DNA from: Escherichia coli
GTDB taxonomy: Bacteria > Pseudomonadota > Gammaproteobacteria > Enterobacterales > Enterobacteriaceae
Reading direction: 5' to 3' (one strand)
Length of the DNA: 64,000 bases
Assembly: GCF_045037415.1 (NCBI RefSeq)
Contig: NZ_CP173438.1
Part shown: positions 31,946-40,917 of the stretch, piece by piece
How positions within the stretch are numbered: the stretch's first letter is position 1
Layout of the letters: every line of letters starts with the position of its first letter
The notes under the pieces: generated by a model
What the model saw: the letters and a program-made list of their open reading frames with translations, nothing else
What the model was told of the DNA's origin: nothing
The model's database searches: none
Made by a program: the position numbers and the translations under genes

Positions 31946-33625
31946 ATGGCGGAAACAACTAAAGAGCGATTGAACAAACAGTTCGCACAACTTGAAAGCG
32001 AGCGTCAGTCGTTCGAGCCGCACTGGCGCGAGTTGAGTGATTACATCAACCCGCGTGGTTCCCGCTTTCTGACTTCTGAGGCCAACCGTAACGATCGGCG
32101 CAATACACGCATTATTGATTCGACCGGGACTATGGCGGCGCGCACTCTCGCCAGCGGCATGATGTCAGGCATCACAAGCCCCGCGCGTCCGTGGTTTCGC
32201 CTGGCTACGCCAGATCCTGAAATGATGGATTATGGCCCTGTTAAGTTGTGGCTTGAGGCGGTGCAGAACCGCATGAACGATATGTTCAATAAGTCGAATC
32301 TCTATCAGTCTCTGCCGCAGTTATACGGAAGCCTCGGCACATACAGCACTGGTGCAATGGCAGTGCTGGAGGATGACGAGGACATCATTCGCACAATGCC
32401 ATTCCCGATAGGCAGTTACTACCTGGCTAACTCACCTCGTGGCAGTGTGGACACCTGTTTTCGCAAGTTCTCTATGACTGTTCGTCAGCTTGTTCAGGAG
32501 TTCGGGCTAAATAACGTCAGCGAATCCGTAAAAAGCATGTGGGAAAGCGGCACCTACGAGAAGTGGATTGACGTGATGCATTCGGTTTACCCGAACATTG
32601 ACCGCGATACATCGAAGCTGGATAGCAAGAACAAGCCATTCAAATCGGTTTATTACGAGGTTGGTGGCGATAACGACAAGTTGTTGCGTGAGTCCGGATT
32701 TGATGAGTTTCCAATTATGGCTCCGCGCTGGGAAGTTAACGGCGAAGATGTTTATGGATCATCATGCCCGGGTATGCTGGCGCTTGGACCTGTTAAGGCA
32801 TTGCAGCTTCTCCAGAAGCGCAAGTCGCAGTTGATTGATAAAGCCACCAATCCGCCGATGGTTGCTCCGACTTCCCTCAAGAATCAGCGCGCCTCCCTTC
32901 TTCCTGGCGACATCACGTATATCGATCAGATTACTGGTCAGGATGGCTTCAGGCCTGCTTATCTGGTTAACCCCAGTACAGCAGATTTGGTAGCAGACAT
33001 TCAGGACACTCGTCAAATCATTAACAGCGCCTACTTTGTCGATCTGTTCATGATGTTGCAGAACATCAATACCCGCTCGATGCCTGTTGAAGCGGTGATC
33101 GAAATGAAAGAAGAAAAACTTCTGATGTTGGGGCCGGTTCTGGAGCGCCTGAACGACGAATGTCTTAATCCTCTCATTGACCGCGCTTTCTCGATGATGG
33201 TGCGTAAAAACATGCTGCCGCCACCGCCAGACGTGATGGAAGGTATGCCCCTGAAGGTCGAATACATTTCCGTCATGGCTCAGGCGCAGAAGTCTATCGG
33301 CCTGTCCAGTCTGGCGTCCACGGTTAACTTCATTGGTCAACTTGCGCAAGCGAAACCAGAAGCTCTCGACAAACTCAACGTTGATCAGGCGATCGATGCA
33401 TTCGCTGATATGTCCGGAGTGTCTCCAACCGTCATTGTTCCGCAGGAACAGGTTGAGCAGGCTCGCCAGCAACGGGCACAGCAGCAACAGCAACAACAAA
33501 TGATGGCGGTGGGGATGGCGGCGGCACAGGGTGCCAAGACGCTAAGCGAAGCTAAAACTTCGGATCCGAGTGTTTTGACAGCTATGGCGAATGCAGTTAG
33601 TGGTCAGGGTGGGCAATCACAATGA
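31946..33625 (+). CDS. Portal protein (T7-type head-to-tail connector family)
   Basis: 559 aa; size, position after terminase and Q/A/M-rich C-terminal tail resemble podovirus gp8-type portals. Confidence 0.8.
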   Translation: MAETTKERLNKQFAQLESERQSFEPHWRELSDYINPRGSRFLTSEANRNDRRNTRIIDSTGTMAARTLASGMMSGITSPARPWFRLATPDPEMMDYGPVKLWLEAVQNRMNDMFNKSNLYQSLPQLYGSLGTYSTGAMAVLEDDEDIIRTMPFPIGSYYLANSPRGSVDTCFRKFSMTVRQLVQEFGLNNVSESVKSMWESGTYEKWIDVMHSVYPNIDRDTSKLDSKNKPFKSVYYEVGGDNDKLLRESGFDEFPIMAPRWEVNGEDVYGSSCPGMLALGPVKALQLLQKRKSQLIDKATNPPMVAPTSLKNQRASLLPGDITYIDQITGQDGFRPAYLVNPSTADLVADIQDTRQIINSAYFVDLFMMLQNINTRSMPVEAVIEMKEEKLLMLGPVLERLNDECLNPLIDRAFSMMVRKNMLPPPPDVMEGMPLKVEYISVMAQAQKSIGLSSLASTVNFIGQLAQAKPEALDKLNVDQAIDAFADMSGVSPTVIVPQEQVEQARQQRAQQQQQQQMMAVGMAAAQGAKTLSEAKTSDPSVLTAMANAVSGQGGQSQ

Positions 33626-33918
33626 CAGATTACGAAGACGATCAACTGAAAGAAGAAAACGCCCGTAAGCAACGTGACATGGCGCAGCGTGAAATTGATG
33701 ACATTCGCTTTGTCATGAGCAGTGAACAAGGGCGTCGCGTTGTCTGGTCGGTGCTGGAGAAAGGCCGTGTGTTTTCCGCTATCTCACCGATGGACGCTAT
33801 GGCAATGGCATTTAATGAGGGGCAACGCAATCTGGCGCTGGAACTGTTTCAGCGCGTTATGGCGCATTGCCCTGAACAGTATTTGAAGATGGCCAAAGAG
33901 GCCAGTGAACAGGAGTGA
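33622..33918 (+). CDS. Hypothetical head-module protein
   Basis: ORF coupled to portal. Confidence 0.4.
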   Translation: MTDYEDDQLKEENARKQRDMAQREIDDIRFVMSSEQGRRVVWSVLEKGRVFSAISPMDAMAMAFNEGQRNLALELFQRVMAHCPEQYLKMAKEASEQE

Positions 33919-34616
33919 TCATGAATTTATTTGAGCGTTTGCTGTATCGCCGTCTTTGCAATGAGCAACCAGTCGATGGTGGAGCAGCTCCGGCTGCGTC
34001 AGAACCGTCAGCGCCTGCAGGTGATAACCCTGCTCCAGTTGGTGATCCATCACAACCGGAAGGTGATAAGCCACAACCTGTTGCTGATGGCGATAAACCT
34101 GCTGATGACAAAAAGCCTGAAAACGATAAGCAGGGTGAAAAAAAGGACGGCGATAAACCAGAGGGTGCGCCTGAGAAGTACGAGTTTCAGGCTGCCGAAG
34201 GCGTAGAGCTGGATACAGAAGCGTTGAAGGAATTCGAGCCGGTGGCGCGAGAACTTAACCTGACCAACGAGCAAGCGCAAAAGCTGGTTGATGCTTATCC
34301 GAAGATTCTGGCAGGTGTTCAGCAGCGCCAGGCAGAAGCCTGGCAGAAAACAACCGAGCAGTGGGCTGCGGATGTAAAAGCTGACAAAGAAATCGGTGGC
34401 GGCAAGTTGATTTCTAACCTTAGCGTCGCACAGCGTGCGCTTGACCAGTTCGGGACACCTGAACTCAAAGAATATCTGAACACCACCGGGCTGGGTAATC
34501 ACCCTGATCTGGTCAAAACGTTCGTGAGAATCGGAAAGGCGATGTCTGAAGATGGCATGGTCACCGGTGGTAATGAAGGCCAGCGTAGTGCGGCCGAAGT
34601 GCTCTATGGCAAATAA
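33915..34616 (+). CDS. Scaffolding protein (putative)
   Basis: Acidic, low-complexity N-terminal half (P/D/K-rich) and helical C-terminal half; position between portal and capsid. Confidence 0.55.
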   Translation: MIMNLFERLLYRRLCNEQPVDGGAAPAASEPSAPAGDNPAPVGDPSQPEGDKPQPVADGDKPADDKKPENDKQGEKKDGDKPEGAPEKYEFQAAEGVELDTEALKEFEPVARELNLTNEQAQKLVDAYPKILAGVQQRQAEAWQKTTEQWAADVKADKEIGGGKLISNLSVAQRALDQFGTPELKEYLNTTGLGNHPDLVKTFVRIGKAMSEDGMVTGGNEGQRSAAEVLYGK

Positions 34617-34624
34617 GAGAGGAA

Positions 34625-35617
34625 ATGACAATGGCTGTTAAAGGCTTAACTGCGCTAACGCTGGCTGACTGGGGTAAGCGCGTCGATCCAAACGGGAAAG
34701 TCGATAAGATTATCGAGCTTCTCGGTCAAACAAACCCGATCCTTCAGGATATGCCTTTTGTCGAAGGGAACCTTCCTACCGGACACCGAACCACCATTCG
34801 TTCTGGTTTACCTTCAGCTACCTGGCGTTTGCTGAACTATGGCGTACAGCCAAGCAAATCAACCACAGTGCAGGTAACCGATTACGTTGGCATGCTGGAA
34901 ACCTATGCTGAAGTCGATAAGTCACTGGCTGATCTGAACGGTAATACTGCCGAATTCCGCCTGTCTGAAGACCGCGCATTTATTGAAGCGATGAATCAGC
35001 AGATGGCGCAGACACTGTTTTATGGTGATTCCAGCGTTAACCCTCAGCAGTTTATGGGACTGTCCTCCCGCTATTCCAGCCTGTCTGCGGGTAATGCTCA
35101 GAACATCATTGATGCTGGTGGCACGAGTACAGATAACACCTCAATCTGGTTAGTGGTGTGGGGCGAAAACACCGTGCATGGCATCTTCCCGAAAGGGCAG
35201 AAGGCTGGCATCCAGATGGAAGATAAAGGCCAGGTGACACTGGAAGATGCGAATGGCGGCAAGTACGAAGGCTACCGTACCCATTACAAATGGGACAACG
35301 GACTTGCTCTGCGTGACTGGCGTTATGTTGTTCGCATTGCAAACATCGATGTCAGCAATCTTTCAGAACCTTCCTCTGCCGCAAATATTGCGAAGTTGAT
35401 GGTTAAAGCACTGCATCGCATTCCAAATCGTGGCATGGGTCGCCCGGTGTTCTACATGAACCGCACTGTAGGCCAGGCTCTTGATCTGCAATCTCTGGAG
35501 AAAACATCTCTGGCGATCAGCGTAAAAGAGACAGAAGGCGAGTGGTGGACTTCATTCCGTGGTGTACCAATCCGTGAAACTGATGCGCTTCTGGAAACAG
35601 AAGCCCGCGTGGTGTAA
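34625..35617 (+). CDS. Major capsid protein
   Basis: 330 aa following scaffold; strong RBS; typical position and size. Confidence 0.75.
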   Translation: MTMAVKGLTALTLADWGKRVDPNGKVDKIIELLGQTNPILQDMPFVEGNLPTGHRTTIRSGLPSATWRLLNYGVQPSKSTTVQVTDYVGMLETYAEVDKSLADLNGNTAEFRLSEDRAFIEAMNQQMAQTLFYGDSSVNPQQFMGLSSRYSSLSAGNAQNIIDAGGTSTDNTSIWLVVWGENTVHGIFPKGQKAGIQMEDKGQVTLEDANGGKYEGYRTHYKWDNGLALRDWRYVVRIANIDVSNLSEPSSAANIAKLMVKALHRIPNRGMGRPVFYMNRTVGQALDLQSLEKTSLAISVKETEGEWWTSFRGVPIRETDALLETEARVV

Positions 35618-35668
35618 CGCCTGTTATTAACCTGTGGGTCGTAACAGACCCACTAATGGAGAAAGAAG

Positions 35669-36106
35669 ATGATCACCGACAAACTGTTGATGTTCTCCGA
35701 AGCTCAGGCGGTTACGAATACCGCGGCTTCTACTGACGTAATCGATCTCGGTCCAATTGACGGAAAACGTCGTGATATCGGCGTGGGTTATCCGCTTGAG
35801 TTTTGGGTGCTGGTTAACGAAGCCGCCACGGCAAGTGGTGAGGAAACTGTAAACATCCAGTTGCAGACGAGTGAGAATAACAGCTCATGGTCCACTATTT
35901 ATGATAGTGGCGCACTGGCAAAGGATACCCTGACAGCAGGTAAACGAGTTGTTTCTGCAAAGGTGCCTGCCGGTGTTCAGCGATATCTGCGTGTTAACTA
36001 CTCCGTCGCAACTGGCCCACTAACGGCTGGCGAATTCACTGCTGGTATCAGTCTTGATGTTGATGCCAATACGCCGTATCCGATCCGCTCAAAAGTAACT
36101 GGTTAA
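35669..36106 (+). CDS. Hypothetical virion protein (possibly capsid decoration)
   Basis: ORF with RBS after capsid gene. Confidence 0.4.
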   Translation: MITDKLLMFSEAQAVTNTAASTDVIDLGPIDGKRRDIGVGYPLEFWVLVNEAATASGEETVNIQLQTSENNSSWSTIYDSGALAKDTLTAGKRVVSAKVPAGVQRYLRVNYSVATGPLTAGEFTAGISLDVDANTPYPIRSKVTG

Positions 36107-36116
36107 GGTGATATTT

Positions 36117-36452
36117 ATGTCAGGTGAGAAACCAAGATACCGCGTTCTGCGCCTCTCTCATATCCATAACACTCTGTGGCCGGAGGGGGCAGAAATCGAA
36201 TACGAAGGTGAGCCTGGTAGCGCACTGGAACCTGTTAACGATGCAGCCAGACAGGCAAAAGCAAAGGTAGCAGGAAAGGTGTCTATGGCAGCAACCAGCA
36301 CCAAAATCATCAACGATGTGTCAGATGATGGTGAACTGGATAAGCTCCGTGAAGAGTACGAATTGCTCTTTAACGAGAAGCCACACCATAACGCCAAAGC
36401 AGAAACGCTCCGCGAGAAGATCGCAGATAAGCGTAAAGAACTGGGCGTGTAA
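36117..36452 (+). CDS. Hypothetical virion protein
   Basis: SD aaggtg before ATG 36117. Confidence 0.4.
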   Translation: MSGEKPRYRVLRLSHIHNTLWPEGAEIEYEGEPGSALEPVNDAARQAKAKVAGKVSMAATSTKIINDVSDDGELDKLREEYELLFNEKPHHNAKAETLREKIADKRKELGV

Positions 36453-36502
36453 GCCTCGCGGATGAGACAAGGGGCTTCGGCCCCTTTATTGCAGGAGTGT
36501 AT

Positions 36503-36826
36503 ATGGAACTCGTAAACCTCAAAACCGGCACTGACAGCTACCAGGATGAGAGCGGAGAAACCAGAACTCGCGATGAATACCCGTGGGGGCTGTGCATCAC
36601 GCTGAATAACGACACATTGAATAAGCTGAAGGCGCAACCTCAGGGCGTCGGAACAGAAGTGATGATAACTGCAAAGGCTGTTATCCGAGGCCTGTCTGCC
36701 AGAGAAACTGACGATGGCGTTAATCGCAGCGCCGATCTGCAGATCACTGATATGGCGATCGCTCCTGTTTCCGGGGATGTAGAAAAATCAGCGGCTGAAA
36801 CTCTGTACGGTAACGGAGGTGAGTGA
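36503..36826 (+). CDS. Hypothetical virion protein
   Basis: SD aggagtg before ATG 36503. Confidence 0.4.
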   Translation: MELVNLKTGTDSYQDESGETRTRDEYPWGLCITLNNDTLNKLKAQPQGVGTEVMITAKAVIRGLSARETDDGVNRSADLQITDMAIAPVSGDVEKSAAETLYGNGGE

Positions 36827-37431
36827 TGGCCTCTGTAGTAGAGATCTGTAATCGTGCGCTGTCCAATATTGGCAACAGCCGCAGCATTAACAGCCTGACG
36901 GAAGCCAGCAAGGAAGCGGGGGAATGTTCGCTGCACTTTGAGGCCTGCCGTGATGCTGTGCTTTCTGATTTTGACTGGAACTTTGCTACCAAACGCGTGG
37001 CGCTTGCAGATACGAGCAATCCACCGCCTGACTGGGAATATGCGTACCAGTACCCGTCAGATTGTCTGCGCATTACTGAAATTATGCTTCCTGGTGTACG
37101 CAATCCAACAGCAGCAATGCGCGTTCAGTACGAAGTTGGTGCAGACACCAACGGAACAGGAAAATTGATCTACACAGACCAGCCGCAGGCATGGCTCAAG
37201 TATGTCTCTCGCGTTTCAGATGTAAACATGTTTGATGCCATTTTTATGGAGGCGCTGGCCTGGCGTCTTGCGGCAGCCATTAACATGGCGCTGACTGGGA
37301 ATGCGGATCTCGGTACATTTGCTCTCAATATGTACAATCGCGTGATTCTTAGTGCTGGCTCGCATAGCCAGAATGAATCACAGGAACCACAGCCACCGGT
37401 TGACGAGTTTACCATTGCGAGGTTGTCCTGA
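36823..37431 (+). CDS. Tail/adaptor protein (putative tail tubular protein A-like)
   Basis: 202 aa directly preceding an 823-aa protein, as gp11 precedes gp12 in podoviruses; assignment by gene order. Confidence 0.4.
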   Translation: MMASVVEICNRALSNIGNSRSINSLTEASKEAGECSLHFEACRDAVLSDFDWNFATKRVALADTSNPPPDWEYAYQYPSDCLRITEIMLPGVRNPTAAMRVQYEVGADTNGTGKLIYTDQPQAWLKYVSRVSDVNMFDAIFMEALAWRLAAAINMALTGNADLGTFALNMYNRVILSAGSHSQNESQEPQPPVDEFTIARLS

Positions 37432-39902
37432 TGGCTATCAGTTGGATCCAGCCCAGCTTTGCCGGTGGTGAGATTGGACCGTCGTTGTACGGGCGTATTG
37501 ACATGGCGAAGTACCAGGTGGCATTGCGCAAGTGCGATAACTTTATCGTGCGGCAGTATGGCGGCGTTGAGAATCGACCAGGTACGCGTTTTGTCGGTGC
37601 CGCCAAATACCCAAATCGGAAATGCCGCCTGATCCCGTTCCAGTTCTCGACGGTTCAGACCTATGCTCTGGAGTTCGGACACCAGTACATGCGCGTTATC
37701 AAAGATGGTGCGTTGGTGCTGAACAGCAGCAATGTTATTTATGAAATTGCCACGCCATATACTGAAGCCGATCTGTTCCGAATTAAATTCACGCAAAGCG
37801 CCGACGTGCTTACGCTTGTTCATCCGGCATACCCGCCGAAAGAGTTGCGTCGCTATGCGCATGACAACTGGCAACTGGTTGATGTGGTAACGAAGAACGG
37901 ACCATTTGAAGATATCAATATTGACGAGTCAGTGACGGTTTATGCCAGCGCCAGCACCGGGACAATTACGTTAACGGCAAGCGCCTCTATTTTTGGCGCG
38001 GAGCAGGTAGGCAAATTGTTCTATCTGGAACAGCCTGCAGTGGATTCTGTGCCGGTATGGGAAACCAGTAAGAGTACGTCAATTGGCGATATTCGCCGTG
38101 CAGACAGTAACTACTATCGCGCCGTTACAGTAGGCAAAACAGGCACTTTGCGCCCTTCGCATACAGAAGGCACATCATGGGATGGCTGGGGCGGATCCGG
38201 TGATGATGATACCGGCATTGAGTGGGAGTATCTGCACAGTGGTTTTGGCATTGCCCGTATCTCTGCTGCAAATGGAACTACTGCAACTGCCGAGGTGATT
38301 TCCTATATCCCTTCGCAGGTAGTTGGCGAGGATAATGCCAGCTATAAATGGGCTAAATATGCCTGGAACAGTGTTAATGGTTATCCTGGCACTGTTGTTT
38401 ATTATCAACAACGTCTTTACTTCGCCGCATCGACTGCGTTTCCTCAGACTATCTGGGCCAGCCGTACCGGGGATTATAAGGATTTTGGCAAAAGCAATCC
38501 TACGCAGGATGACGACAGAATTATCTACACCTATGCCGGGCGTCAGGTTAATGAGATCCGCCACCTGATTGATGTTGGTTCGCTGGTGGCGCTGACTTCC
38601 GGAGGTGAGTACGTCATCACTGGCGACCAGAACAAAGTGCTTACCCCATCATCATTTGCATTCAGCTCTCAGGGATCAAATGGCTCGAGCAATGTCCCAC
38701 CAATTGCCGTGGCGAATATTGCTCTGTTCGTCCAAGAGAAAGGCAGTGTTGTCCGTGATCTGGCCTACTCATTCGATGTTGACGGCTATCAGGGGAACGA
38801 CCTGACCATCCTTGCCAATCATCTTTTTCAGAAGCACAGCATTGTTGACTGGTGCTTCTCGATAGTCCCTTACTCCAGCGCCTTCTGCATTCGTGATGAC
38901 GGTAAATTACTGGTGATGACCTATTTGCGTGATCAGCAGGTTTTTGCATGGGCACCACAATCCAGTACCGGAAAATATGAAAGCACATGCAGTATCAGCG
39001 AAGGAAATGAAGATGCGGTGTATTTCGTCGTTAACCGAACCGTTAACGGGCAAACAGTGAGATACATCGAGCGACTGTCCAGCCGTTTATTTACCAGCGA
39101 TGAAGATGCTTTCTTTGTTGATTCTGGCCTTAGCTATGATGGAAGAAATACGTCTGACAGAACGATGATCATCACTGGTGGTTCTGGCGAATGGGATTAC
39201 CGCGAGGAATATACAATCAGTGTTTCTGGTGGTGCGTACTTCACCAGTAGTGATATCGGTGCCCAACTACAGTTCCCTTATACCGGAACTGATCCTGATA
39301 CTGGCGATGAAGTGTCAAAAGAATTACGTTGCGACATTATTTCTGTAACCAGCAATACCGCTGTAGTGGTTCGTGCTAACAGGAACGTCCCGCCATCCCT
39401 CAGGAATGTGGCCACCACGAACTGGCAGATGGCGCGCCGGACATTTGGAGGCCTGTCTCATCTTGAAGGCCAGACCGTAAACATTCTCTCTGATGCGAAC
39501 GTGGAACCACAGAAAGTGGTTTCCGGAGGTGCCGTCACGCTGGAATCTCCGGGGGCTGTAGTGCACATCGGCCTGCCAATAACTGCTGAATTCGAAACAC
39601 TGGATATCAACATTAACGGACAGGAAACGCTGCTGGACAAAAAACAGGTGATCCCCTCCGTTACTCTGGTTGTGAATGCCAGTCGCGGCATCTGGGCGAC
39701 TACGCCCGGCGGTAAATGGTACGAATATCCACAGCGTGAATTCGAGTTCTACGATGATCCTGTTGATGATGCTACCGGAAAAGTAGAAGTGAAACTGGAC
39801 AGTAACTGGGGCAAAAACGGACGTGTAAAAATCCGTCAGCTTGATCCGTTGCCGCTGTCTGTTCTTGCCGTTATTCCTCGCCTTACTGTTGGGGGATTCT
39901 GA
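37431..39902 (+). CDS. Large tail structural protein (putative tail tubular protein B-like)
   Basis: 823 aa, size and position. Confidence 0.45.
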   Translation: MAISWIQPSFAGGEIGPSLYGRIDMAKYQVALRKCDNFIVRQYGGVENRPGTRFVGAAKYPNRKCRLIPFQFSTVQTYALEFGHQYMRVIKDGALVLNSSNVIYEIATPYTEADLFRIKFTQSADVLTLVHPAYPPKELRRYAHDNWQLVDVVTKNGPFEDINIDESVTVYASASTGTITLTASASIFGAEQVGKLFYLEQPAVDSVPVWETSKSTSIGDIRRADSNYYRAVTVGKTGTLRPSHTEGTSWDGWGGSGDDDTGIEWEYLHSGFGIARISAANGTTATAEVISYIPSQVVGEDNASYKWAKYAWNSVNGYPGTVVYYQQRLYFAASTAFPQTIWASRTGDYKDFGKSNPTQDDDRIIYTYAGRQVNEIRHLIDVGSLVALTSGGEYVITGDQNKVLTPSSFAFSSQGSNGSSNVPPIAVANIALFVQEKGSVVRDLAYSFDVDGYQGNDLTILANHLFQKHSIVDWCFSIVPYSSAFCIRDDGKLLVMTYLRDQQVFAWAPQSSTGKYESTCSISEGNEDAVYFVVNRTVNGQTVRYIERLSSRLFTSDEDAFFVDSGLSYDGRNTSDRTMIITGGSGEWDYREEYTISVSGGAYFTSSDIGAQLQFPYTGTDPDTGDEVSKELRCDIISVTSNTAVVVRANRNVPPSLRNVATTNWQMARRTFGGLSHLEGQTVNILSDANVEPQKVVSGGAVTLESPGAVVHIGLPITAEFETLDININGQETLLDKKQVIPSVTLVVNASRGIWATTPGGKWYEYPQREFEFYDDPVDDATGKVEVKLDSNWGKNGRVKIRQLDPLPLSVLAVIPRLTVGGF

Positions 39903-40366
39903 TGATCGATGTTCAAATTATTCCCGCAACCGAAGAGCATCTTCAGATGATTTTGCCGGATGTTCGTCAGGCTGATATTGACGAACTGTATGCGGTATCA
40001 CTGATGACTACCGAAGATGCGCTGCGTGTTGGTCTGCGTACTGCGACTATGGCCTGGTCAGGATTTGCGAACGGAGAACTGGTAACCATGTTTGGCGTAT
40101 CTCCGGCGTCAATGATCGGTGGCAATGGTACGCCATGGCTGGTAGGAACCAGCCGTATTGAAAAATATCAGAAGACATTTCTTCGCCACTGCCGCCCTGT
40201 ATTGCAGCAGATGCTGGCAGTTTATCCGCGTCTGGAAAACTACGTCGACGAGCGAAACCATGTTGCCAAAGCATGGCTCCACTGGCTTGGATTCAGGCTT
40301 GAAGAAGCCGCGCCTTATGGTGCTCTTGGTCTTAATTTCCACAGATTTCACATGGAGAGAAAATAA
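39902..40366 (+). CDS. Hypothetical virion protein
   Basis: ORF, overlapping start/stop with neighbours. Confidence 0.4.
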   Translation: MIDVQIIPATEEHLQMILPDVRQADIDELYAVSLMTTEDALRVGLRTATMAWSGFANGELVTMFGVSPASMIGGNGTPWLVGTSRIEKYQKTFLRHCRPVLQQMLAVYPRLENYVDERNHVAKAWLHWLGFRLEEAAPYGALGLNFHRFHMERK

Positions 40367-40905
40367 TGTGTAACCCAGCCATCGCTTTGGTTGCCGTCAC
40401 AGTGGCATCCACAGCCGCGTCAATGTACAGCCAGAGCAAGCAGGCAAAATACCAGTCAGCCATAGCTGATCGGAATGCTGAAATTGCTGAAGCTCAGGCA
40501 CAGGATTCAATCAATCGTGGGAATATTGAAGCGGATCAGCGTCGTCGTGAAATGCGTCAACGCTCAGGCACTGCGGCGGCCACTATGGGGGCTACCGGTG
40601 CGGAATTAAGTAGCGGAACAGCTCTTGACGTTTTTGCGGATAATGCTCAGTTCGGCGCTCTTGATGCGTTAACGACAGTGAATAATGCTCAGCGTGAGGC
40701 ATATGGGTATCAGGTTCAGGGAATGAATGCTCAGGCACAGGGGGCTGCTGCTCAGTCGGCTGCTAAATCATCGATGACCAGCACTTTGTTAACAGCACCA
40801 CTAAAAGCATACGGTGCATACCAGATGGGCGGAGGAACGTGGAGCCCATTCTCTCAGAAGGCTGCGCCGATTTCTGCTGCTGTTGGCACTCCAACCGGTC
40901 GATAA
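40366..40905 (+). CDS. Internal virion protein (Ala/Gln-rich)
   Basis: 179 aa, low complexity A/Q/G-rich, hydrophobic N-terminus. Confidence 0.4.
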   Translation: MCNPAIALVAVTVASTAASMYSQSKQAKYQSAIADRNAEIAEAQAQDSINRGNIEADQRRREMRQRSGTAAATMGATGAELSSGTALDVFADNAQFGALDALTTVNNAQREAYGYQVQGMNAQAQGAAAQSAAKSSMTSTLLTAPLKAYGAYQMGGGTWSPFSQKAAPISAAVGTPTGR

Positions 40906-40917
40906 GGGGATAATAAG

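Noticed and set aside
32762-33499. 245-aa antisense ORF within the portal gene
   Set aside because: Contained in the portal gene on the opposite strand; low-complexity translation, no RBS.
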